Origin: Neoechinorhynchus agilis
Taxonomy: Eukaryota; Animalia; Acanthocephala
Direction: 5' to 3'
NCBI GenBank assembly: GCA_051530055.1
Contig: CM121341.1
Location: forward strand, 6,922,784 to 6,986,783
DNA: 64,000 bases
Shown here: one piece after another, positions 53,801 through 64,000 of the stretch
Layout: each line of letters opens with the position of its first letter
How positions within the stretch are numbered: the first letter of the stretch is position 1
Position numbers and translations under genes: made by a program
Notes under the pieces: generated by a model
The model's database searches: none
What the model saw: the letters and a program-made list of their open reading frames with translations, nothing else
What the model was told of the DNA's origin: nothing

Positions 53801-54130
53801 GTCGTGGTCTCATCTGTAGAAAATCAGCCGGCAGATTCGCAAGACATTCCGAAATTAACATGGTGCTGAGCCGGGCACTTATTTTGGAACCTGTAAACCT
53901 CTGTAAGGACGACGGGCGTAGACCTGATGGGGTGACCGCACCGGAGTGTAAATTCCTCCTCTGGGACGCCACTGTGTCGATAAACTCGAGGCTAGCAATC
54001 TCAAGTTCTGGCCGGTTCAAGGTGGAGGTGCAGTGAGCGCTTCGGAAGGACGGAAAACGACGAAATACCTAGATTTAGTCCATGAGTTTGTGCCTTTTGG
54101 GGTTGAGACCTACGGATCTCTTGGTAGTGA
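50900..54130 (+). mobile_element. ~610 bp tandem array (~5.3 copies) of an RLE retrotransposon C-terminal fragment
   Basis: Anchor near 50900, 51510, 52115, 52727, 53339 and 53947; encodes decayed CHPHRC...GL.C...GRF.RH.EIN, DGRRPDG, WDATV, FVPFGVETYG. Confidence 0.88.
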
Positions 54131-54535
54131 GGCACAGCAGACATATCCCTGCCCGCATTTTTAGGCTCCTATGTGGGAAGCGCAGTTCAGCGCATTTTGA
54201 AATCTACTTATCGTATTGATAGGCATTTTGAAGAGGGAATCAGTGAGTAATGTACACTGACCAACTCCGGTCGCCAAAAACAATCAGTGTGGACCTCTCG
54301 TCGCAAGCATTCGGGCGACAATTGAGGACGGCAAATAATTATGTTTACATCTTCAAAATAAAGCGAATAACTTCTACGTATGACGCGCGTTTAAAAGTGA
54401 CGTCACAATGCACGGAAGAATCTAATTAAAAAAATCGAAAAGTTTATCCCATTACGCATTTTTTTAAAACCATATTTGGTTTAACGCTCTTTTTTGGAAC
54501 ATTTTTTCACGGTTATTTCAGATTGAACGACATTG

Positions 54536-57500
54536 ATGTCATCTGACAATCGACTATCATTGACGGGTGCGTTCAATACGGGCTAAAAAACGCCAATAAA
54601 GAGTTTTGATGACTTTACGTTTTTAGTTATATCGGAAGACACAGGAAACTTGGGATCGTTTGGAAGTGTTTCGGATCAAGAGGTAATTCAGTAGACAATG
54701 TCAACAAATGCATCCGCCCGGGTTTCTCCCCAATCGCTCAACGATGATGTTCCGTTGAAACCAACGTTGGTGCGATCTATTTCTTCTCCCCAATGTGACG
54801 AAGACCACCGTCCCATTTCTTGTCCGTGTTCAATGAGCCTTTGCAGTCAAACCGGCTATCTTCTCGTTGCTTCCGCTGATGAACGTCTTGTGGTTTACGG
54901 ACTCGCTCAACCTAGCATAGCTCCTAACCACTTTGAAATCTACCGAAGACCTCAACGTCGACGGAAACGACTCTGCCATCGTCCATTGGTCAAATGGAGC
55001 TGGCATACTAGCCGTAGTGACGTTTTTGCTTTAGCTGTCAATGGATCCGGTCCAGCTGGAGTTAATTTCTATCGGAAATGTGAAAACGGAGACATTGTGA
55101 GCATTAGTGCGGCACCGAGTTCTTTAAGCACTCGAAGACCATCCGTTTTCTCTTCTTCTATCCTATTGTCCACTAATAAATACGTCACTGCTATGGATTG
55201 GTCCAGCATTGCTCAAAACTATTTCGCTTCGTCGTATTCTGACGGATTCACGTTCGTATGGGACTACCGGGATGTTCAAGTACCGTTTTGTCGGATAAAT
55301 GCGTTTTGGCCCGTCGTCCGATCTCATTGGAGCTCATTTAATAGCAATCTGATAAACGTAGCAGCCGGACGACGAGTGTTAGTCTATGATATACGGAACA
55401 CCGGACGCCATTTGACATGTATTGACACGGACCACGACGAACTCGTTGATATGGACTGGAATCGGTTTAATCAGAACCGAGTGGTCACCGCCGGTCGCGA
55501 CGGGAAAATCAAATTATGGTACATCTCACGAATGGGCACCTACAAGCGATGTACTATTCAATTGCTTCCTAATACTAAGAAAAGTCGAATTGATCGAGTC
55601 TCATTTTATCCAGGATCGAACACTGTTGTGGCAACAACCACTTCTTCAAAACGATCAAATCGTGGAGCTTTTGATGACTACACTACACGTCTTAATCTCA
55701 TCGACTTTTCGTTTCCTCCGAGTGGACCAGCCAGCTATAGCGTTAGAGATGTCGTTGGGGCCAGTGGAAGTGGTCGTCTGATCGATTTCGAGTTCTACGA
55801 GGATCCAAGTGTAAATTCTGCTCAACCGGATTGCTATTCGATCCGATCATCGTCTTCCGATATTCAATCGATCAATCAAAGCACAACTCAAATGGTCACA
55901 TGCAGCACTGATGCGATCCTAAGACTCTGGCCACCTTTAAGTATTATGAACGAAGTCCTTCCAAAAACCGATTGGGCCCCGTTCCTTGATGAAAACATCC
56001 GATCAGGAAACCTTCGGTCTCAAGACGGTCCTCCTTCTTACGAAGATGATCAGGACTCACCGACATGCAAAACCGTCCCCACAAACACGGATGATATGGT
56101 TCGACTAGAACTGTTAGCCATACGAAACTCCCAGTTCCCTTGCCTCAAACTTCTCAAATTTACTCGAACCTATTGCCAATTTCTTGTTCAAATTGATGTT
56201 CAAAGCAATGTCATTCTAAAAGCAGATTATGGGCCTGTCATTCATAATCATAGATTTGATTTTCAACATACGAGACGAATAGAACCCGTGTTCACATTGT
56301 CTGAACCTGTACCGATTCATGGCGTTCTTTTAAGAGCTCAAGAGTACGCACGGTCCATAAATAGTCCTCGATTTTTGGTGACTTGTCTTCGTGAAGTCTC
56401 AAAAGCTCTTTTGGCCACTTCTACGGTGACTAAGTCTAACGATCCGGTCAAGAAACGAAATGCACAACAATACGATCGATCCTTTGTCGTCTGTAGAAAT
56501 GTTGATCGATCATTTAAGGTAAAACGAGAAAAAATGATCGATCTTCATTAGACGGTCAGGTCTCCATTACAGTGGCGCTGTTTCTGGACTAGTAACGTGG
56601 ACATGGCAAATAGTTAAGGATGATGACGAAGATGGATGTACGGGACGGAGAAGTTCTGTGAGTTCTACTGGTAGCTCAACAATACCCACACACTCGGCCG
56701 CAGGAAATGTTCGACGGGCACCCGGAACTTTCAAATATTTATTATGTACAAAGGATTTGAGCGCTTTGAAAATTGGAAGACGACAACTTATAAGAACCTT
56801 TTTGATCTCTTTTTTTAGGATTTCGTCCATGGAAATTAATCTACTTTTCCTATTTCACACATTCTCGTGATTTTGCATCAGTTTTCTAATGCTTTCTCAC
56901 AGTTTCTTGGATTGTATTCGGGAAAGAAACTAAATTCGTAATTGTTCTGGCGCAACTTTACTCTTAACTTCCACGCGATATTGATTTATTGTAAATTTTC
57001 TCGACCACCAGATCCGATCCTCTTCAGACATCCTTTAAAAAATTCGTTTTAGATTAATTGGTGCTTACATGAAAGGAACTTGGGTACCCGGGGCCTCTGA
57101 GGATTCCGCCAACACTCAAGGAAGTGTGAGATCACTTTCGAGGGAAGTTAAGAGTAAAGTTGCGCCACAACAATAAATAATGCTTTCTCACCTACGAAAA
57201 TGATTTCTTCTTCTTCTTCTTCAACTAGTCCAAATCTTTAAGTCGTCTTACGATTACTATTGCCTTACACATGCGAGGAGGGTGAGAAACTAAAGCTTTC
57301 TCTAAACCGCGAGGAATTTATCCGCGAAAATAATGTTCCTGATCTTGTACCTCTTAAACAGGACCAACGTCTTCATCAGATATGGATGATATTGAAGAAA
57401 ATTGCTTCGTGTACCGAACCAACTTGTTCAACGTGGTCACCGGCGGAATACAAATTCATTGACAAAGTCCTTACTCATTACAGTCAGAAAAACGAATATT

Positions 57501-60500
57501 TGACGGTGGTCCTAATATTGGCGGCATCTCGTTTGGTGGCAGACGAAGCTTTTTTCGATCGTTTTCGATCTTATCTTCCAATAGTAGAACGATACGCTGA
57601 TCAGTTATACCAATGGTCGTTACATAATCGACACGCTGAACTCATTAAACTTCAACTTTGTGTCCTCTTTCAAGGAGTTCATTATAATGTAAGATTTGTA
57701 GCTAACGCATGCCGAGAAGGTTACGTGAGTAGAAATGAGAACCAACATTCCTTTTTTTGCTCTAATGTCTCCGAAGAGAAAAAAAGGATTGTTGGTATTC
57801 ACGGAACAATAAAAGTATTCGAAAACAAGGAGGTGCAATGTACACATCGAGGTCCAGTGAACGGCAAATGTCGTCGGCGTCACTTCCTTGCTCAAGTAGT
57901 GACAGTATGACTGATCGTCTAAGACGTCTTCATCTTCAAGCATCAACTTCTCAAACTCTGAATAGACAATATTCTATCGACTCGAGTCATGGCTTTCTTT
58001 GTTTTGTGTGCAGACAACCCGTCCGCGGTCACATTATATGCTGCGTTCATTGTGGTCACGGTGGTCATGCCCAACATTTGGCTCAATATTATTTAACGAA
58101 AAAACTCTGTATTTGCGGGTGTATTTGTCAATCTTTCTAGAAAAGAAAAATCTTTTTTAGGTGGACGGCAGTGGTAGAAACAAGAGTCCGAAGAAATCGT
58201 TCACATTTCTTAAGAAAGGAGAAGGTATTGCTAGGTTTAGAAATCCAGTTATCAAAAACTACGAAAATGAGGTAAGTCTTGAATCTTTTATGTGAAACGA
58301 TACCCTTTTTGCCTTCAAAAGGATGAGGATTTTTTTCTTATTAAGCGCGACCATGCTTCTTGGAACGATAATCAATATTCCAAAAATATGAATAGTGTGG
58401 AGAATAGGACTTTTGTTAATATGGACAAGCAAGACGATGGAAAGGTAAGTACTTTTCACGTTGGAAGCATTGCAGCCCAAGTTAACTCTATGTTCTGATC
58501 TTGAACGCTCTAAAATCACACTCTTTAATGGTTTTTCTATGTTCAAGTTGAATACTCGATTAAATTGTCGGTCTCCTCGTCCATTTTCTCGTATTTCAAA
58601 AAAGTTCGTAACTTTTGGAGACAATTTGATAAGCGTAATATCGCATAATTTTTTTCGGTTTTCTTTGATTGATTAAGATTAACGCTCTGTTTTTTCTATG
58701 TTCAAGTTGAATACTCGATTAAATTGTCGGTCTCCACGTCCATTTTCTCGTATTTCTAAAAAAGTTCGTAACTTTTGGAGACAATTTGATAAGCGTAATA
58801 TCGCATAATTTTTTTCGGTTTTCTTTGATTGATTAAGATTAACGCTCGGTTTTTCTATGTTCAAGTTGAATACTCGATTAAATTGTCGGTCTCCGCGTCC
58901 ATTTTCTCGTATTTCTAAAAAAATCTCATTTTTTCGGTTTAGATTTTTCCCATTTTTCTTGTGTCCAACCGATTTATATAAGAAAGCTCTAATGGTTTTA
59001 CTACCATTAAAAAATATCCAATTGATTTGAACGAGCTATCAAATGAGAGAGGCATTTGAGGTGCCTGTTGCTTTCTTATCAGTCTGAATATCACACGTTT
59101 CGTTCCGTGTGCACTAAGCTCTATATATGTGTGTGTGTGTTTGTGTCTCAGAAGCATACTCTTGCAGTGCCAATCTCGAAGATTCCTTCAAAATGTTATT
59201 CCCACTACTAACTTTTGGATTTGTTTGTTGTGGACTATGCGTTGACGACGATGCAGTTCGGGTTTACAACAATTTTGCCGAGATCCGTACACCGTTTTAT
59301 GGATCTCAAACGTTTCTTGAAAGTGATTGGGATTCCATAGACGTGTCGCATCTTAAGCTGGATCATTGTTCTGACGGATACGCTCTCAGATTTAGCGTGA
59401 AGACAACTAATGCCGAAGACCAAAAAGTTGTTGTTCGAACGTCCACTGGTGTCAACATGGTTGAAAAACTGAACGCTACGCTTGTTAATGCATTAAGCAG
59501 CCTTGTCCGAGATGACCAAACCGGTCGGTATTTCTATGTTGCAAAGAATCAGATCGAGTATTATACAAAACCTTCGGAAAAAATCGTGTTGGTTTCATCT
59601 GAAGATGCGTCGTGTCTTAGTCCAGTACTAACGTACGTTCAACGAACTCTGAAATGGTGGAGTCAACATTTCCTTTCTATTGGACCGGACGATTTAGACA
59701 GGGCCCAGTTCACTACTTGGGCAAATGTTCAAAATCTCGGAAAATCAGATATCAATACGACGAATCTTGAGCTAATCACGGGAAGTCACTCGAGTTCATC
59801 TCGATACTCATATCGTAAACACCAATTCGGACCAGAAGGAGATGTTCTTGAACTACGATCTGTCGGTGATTCGAAATGGCGAACAGCGAGCGAACTTCAT
59901 GGCTTGCATGTGTATCCAGGAAGACCAGCTCACATCGCAAGTAAAGAGACCTATAGATTTCCTCTCATAAAGTGCCGGATATTGTTTAAACGAATCGGCG
60001 AAATTAGCCAGTGGCTTGCTGGATCTGGGAAGATTACAGGAGTGTTCAGGCGAACGTATGTGCTTAATAGCACTGATCACTATATCCCAGAAGGTCTTCT
60101 AATTATAGAAGAGTCTGATAGAATTGTCGGCGAGACCAATATGGCCAACACTGCTTCTTTAACTGAACGCAAAATTATCCTTTCTTCTGATGAAGAACTT
60201 AGATACACTCGAATCGCTCGTGTGGAATCACGACACTTATCCAGCACAGCCGAGTTTAGTGCCGGCAATATTACTAATTTAAACATTGACTTAGAGTAGT
60301 TTCTTCTCAAGTTAAAGTCTTCTACTCTCTCCGCCCCCCCATTAAGAGACTGAACTGCTCATAGAGTTTCAAAGTTTGAAAAAACAATTCTCGGTTGATG
60401 TTGTCTATGAAGAAAACGTCTACTCGGATAATATCGTCGCAAACTGCACACTATTGGAACCTAATATTCCCAACCTGGTTTTGGTGACCAAAGAAAGTTC

Positions 60501-62067
60501 AAACTTCAAAGTTTCCACCCGTCTTGAACCCAATTCAACGCGTAAAATCGTTTTATCGGTGTCTTTGCTCGGTGCTTATTTTAAGTAAATTTACCAAGTT
60601 TTTAAAATATGCTGCTTTTGTGGGCGTTTAATCGATCAATTAGAAAATCGTTTTGTATTTAGATGTAATCGATATTGGGTCTGAATGGTTTTCTTATATT
60701 TTTTATAAAGAATATTTAAAATAACAAAGTTAAGCGTTCTTCGCTTTTTTTTCGGAAGGCGTAATGACAAAATAGCGCCATAATAACATTTCTTTAGGTC
60801 AACGAAATTGAACAGATCGATGCGAGTCTAAAAGAATGGGACGTTTTATCCGAAGATGAATTGGATGCAGAAACGGAAGGATTGAGTAAAGAAGCAAAAC
60901 AAAGGTTGAACGATTGGTTCAATGCGAATATGCCGGAAAAAATCACAATTGATAAATCAAAATCCAGAGAACAATTAGAGACGGGATCGCTGCAGAAAAC
61001 GCTAAAAACCAAGATCGCACAATTGGAGCAGACAATGAATGCATTTAGTCGCGAAAATCGAGTTTTACTTAAGTTGATGCGGGATAATGAAGAAGCAAAA
61101 CATCGTTTACAAGAAGATCGAACGGTTTTCGAGAAGCAGCGAAAAGTTGAACTTGAAAAATTTAAGGATTGGAAAAAACGAGAAAATGAAAGGTTGGAAG
61201 TCAAGTTTGAAATTGGTTCGAGCTCTACGGCTAATATGAATTTTTGATACATAAGTTTCGTAGTTAAGTTGATAATGGAAGGCAGGTTTCCTTGATGTTT
61301 AGTTATATTAAGGAACAAGTTTTTCTTTTTTGAGATTCGCGTCTTTTATCTCTCTCTAATTAAGATTGACAAAAGAGAATGAAAAATTGGAGGAGAAGGT
61401 TAAGCAGATGAAATCTGAATGTACTAATGGAGAATATGTGAAGCAGATAGAGTCGTTGAACAGTCGCATAAATGGACTTAAGTTGGAGATTAAACAGAAG
61501 GAAAGAAGTTATGTTATGAACGAGAGCAAACTCAAAACGAAGATTGTTGAATTAGAACGCGAAAATGGAGAATTGAAAGGTAGAGCTAAGACACTTGAAA
61601 CGCGAAGAAATGAGTTGGCGAGTAAATTAAATGCGTTACAACGCGAGATGGTCGATTGATTTCTTTACGTTCACTTCGAACTCGATCGATTATTTCACTT
61701 AAGATCAGAGAAAACAAAGTCCGAGAAGAACTCAAATGCCCGTGCTCAAGAAGTATCGCTACCTGACAAGAAGCCGATCTCTTCTGATTCGTCTGTTCAA
61801 AAGACTGCATCGCTGGATATGATTCTTGAAAGACAGTTGCAAAACGGTGGAAAGGAGATTAGACTGAGTGATGGCAGTCGAACGGTAATCGACACAAGTG
61901 GAATAGTAATCACGGAAACGAGTGAGGGCGATCGATTGATCAATTATCCTGACGGGAGAAAGGAGTATCATACTGAAAACTATCGCAAGAAGATATATCC
62001 AAATCAAAGAACAGTAATTGAGTACAAAGATGGTCGAATTGAAGTGCAGTATGATGAAAAAAAGTGA
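54536..62067 (+). CDS. CENPJ: CENPJ/SAS-4/CPAP centriole protein; hosts two nested same-strand genes
   Basis: Exons 54536-54566, 54627-54682, 58161-58271, 58322-58444, 60798-61192, 61365-61650, ~61711-62067, all GT-AG and phase-compatible; FLKKGEGIARF (PN2-3 motif), CPAP-like coiled coil, TCP10/G-box C-terminus. Exons 1-2 rest on splice and phase logic only. Confidence 0.82.
54698..58140 (+). CDS. WDR59: GATOR2 subunit WDR59 (Sea3) inside CENPJ intron 2
   Basis: WD40 repeats, RWD-like region, YSGA and DLSAL motifs, YADQLYQW, C-terminal C..C....RG....C..CGHGGH..H RING; introns 56493-56559, ~56.85-57.05 kb, 57154-57242, 57725-57786. Confidence 0.85.
58530..58920. repeat. ~160 bp tandem repeat, ~2.5 copies, in CENPJ intron 4
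   Basis: ttttctatgttcaagttgaatactcg repeated three times. Confidence 0.9.
59193..60588 (+). CDS. Secreted DUF4140/DUF4139-like protein inside CENPJ intron 4
   Basis: Signal peptide; VRVYNNFAEIR; LTY....LKW; WA.V.N....D.....LELI.G; probable intron 60296-60374. Confidence 0.62.
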
Positions 62068-62227
62068 AGAGATTGGGAGTTAAGAAACACAATGATCGTT
62101 CTTAAAGCCCCCTTGAAAGCAAATAACGTCCGCAACATCTAATCTACCCTTTAGACAAATATTCTCAATTAATATAAAATTATTCGTCATACAAGTAAGT
62201 AAATTAACATTAAACATTTTAAAATAT

Positions 62228-63930
62228 TTAGCGAAAACGGCCTTTATGCTGGCCATTAATATGCCTGCCCATCCTCCTTGTAATCAGGTTCATCCTTAGC
62301 TTCTCTCCTTCCTCGGTTGTCGCTACCACGTTGGCAGCATTGCCTCGTTGTACTGCGAGCGAGATATTTTGTGTGGATAATGAACACAAAAGTAACGAGA
62401 TCGTGCGATTCCAGAGGCGGAGAAAGTGTACTCGGTTTCCAACGAGATTACTTCGACGGTCGAAATTAAACATGGAAGCTGCTTAACTCATTTAGGAATA
62501 AATCTTGAAAAGGATTTTGGAAAAATGTATTTGTTAATCGCTAACAGCACCTATGAGCGATGGGGTGCTCGTCTTAATCAAGAGAATTCAGAAATATCAG
62601 AACTTGCTTTGGATCGAACTCTGTATGCTTTTGAACACGTCCCAGTTAAATCACGAACATTCCTGATTGACATATTCTATGTGAGTTGTAAATTTAAGCT
62701 TCCACCAAAATATGCGAGTTCTCTCACTTCCACGGTGTGCGTTTGGTTAAATTCAATATGACAACGATTGTGATATGGATTCCTTAAAAACACAGTTTGC
62801 GTGGAAGCAAAAAAATTAATTTTTAAGTTTTTTTTCCTGAAAAATTAAGACATAAAAGCATTTCCGAAGTGTTTACTTTTTAAAACATCAATGGTTTCTA
62901 AATACGCTTAATATCTCGGGCGTTTTCATCATATTAATGATCCAACATGAACACTTTGATGAGTAAATGGCGATTATAGATTTATAAGGCGTCCGCGCTA
63001 AATACGACTTCTCACCTCTCTCGAGAGGGTTTTCTCGGCAATCAATTTATCCTGTTGGATGCAATCCATCGTTTACTTGGTCTTCCTCGTCGGAGATTTC
63101 CCGTTACTTCCAGTTTCTCCGTGCTGCTTCACACTTGGAAACTTTATCGTTCGAGAGCAACCTTGCAGACGTCGAAGATCGCCGTGAGTTGTCTTAGTTA
63201 TCTTAGAACTTCGTTTTCGTTTGACAACGTACTTCCCGGCCCGGTTGAAAAAGGAGGAAGTGGAGGGTTGGCATCATTTTATTTATTTAACACGGCAAGA
63301 TAACAATTAGGGTTTTTCGTTAGTCTAGAAGTTATCGTTGGTCCTTCGTCTGCTCTATTGGACCTCAAGTATTAGGTCGATCTCAGGCAACCTCGGAGGC
63401 CCAAAAGACCAGATTAATCTTTTATCCTGGTAGTATTACTTTTCTTTATCCATTAACAAATTGCCTTTTGTAAAAAAAGTGTGTGCATCATTGAATTCCA
63501 ATCGAATTGTGCGGGAGCATTGTTCGCTGAAGTTAGGGTTAGAAGGAGAGGGAAAGTAGAATACTTGTTCATTAGATATAAAGAACTTACCTTTATTAGA
63601 AAATGAAGGGAAGAATAAGATTTTTCCCAAAAATAAGCGTGAGAGGAAGGATAAAAGAGGCTCATAAGATTATAATTTGATAAAAGTTTATGATGCTTAT
63701 TAAAACATCTAAAAAAGAAGGCAAACCTAAGTTCAGGAAGGCGACCTTTCCCGAAAAAACAAGCCTCCTATGAGAGTTTTTAGAACGGGTAATATAATGT
63801 TCGACAAAATATCTCGCTGGCAGTACAACGGGGCAATGCTGCCAGCGTGATGGCGACGGTCGAGGAAGGACAAAAGCTGGAATTTGGTGGGAGGTGGTGA
63901 ATGTAAAGAAAAGTAACCAAATAGAAAACA
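62228..63930. mobile_element. Scattered decayed RLE retrotransposon fragments in both orientations
   Basis: ISLAVQRGNAA at ~62330-62370 (minus) and ~63820-63870 (plus); LPGPVEKGGSGGL RT-like motif at ~63230. Confidence 0.55.
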
Positions 63931-64000
63931 ATACTGCCTAAAAAAATCGAGTGTATAAATTCCTTAAATTTCCGCCATAAAAAAAATTCTTAAATTAGAC

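Noticed and set aside
56567-56830. Minus-strand 87 aa ORF as a nested antisense gene
   Set aside because: The plus strand here carries WDR59 motifs (YSGA, DLSAL); the ORF is a shadow
61651-61710. In-frame TGA in CENPJ as stop-codon readthrough
   Set aside because: Lies within a plausible 60 nt GT-AG intron

Overview
Eukaryotic, almost certainly animal, AT-rich genomic DNA from a compact genome with divergent proteins and mostly 45-60 nt introns. The taxon cannot be fixed from sequence alone. Gene models were spliced by hand against remembered family consensus sequences. Genes: MTMR10/11/12-type pseudophosphatase, GH47 alpha-1,2-mannosidase, Shaker-type K+ channel, a small secreted precursor, PGK, a small membrane protein, MTHFS, REEP5-like, lipin, PSMD6, PSMA7, PRIM2, THOC6, WDR59, a DUF4139-like protein and CENPJ/SAS-4. 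About 23% of the window is tandem arrays built from local sequence (63-612 bp units), and there are decayed LINE, Penelope-like and RLE retrotransposon pieces plus small foldback elements. Two things stand out. (1) CENPJ/SAS-4 appears to span 54.5-62.1 kb with two whole genes nested on the same strand in its introns; WDR59 fills its host intron almost end to end. (2) Short fold-back insertions beginning TTAAAGTT interrupt conserved motifs of MTHFS and MTMR, and in MTHFS no GT-AG splice keeps the motif. Together with unusually frequent AAG acceptors, this suggests non-canonical splicing. Neither is confirmed without RNA data, and assembly or whole-genome-amplification artefacts remain possible for the arrays and frameshifts.
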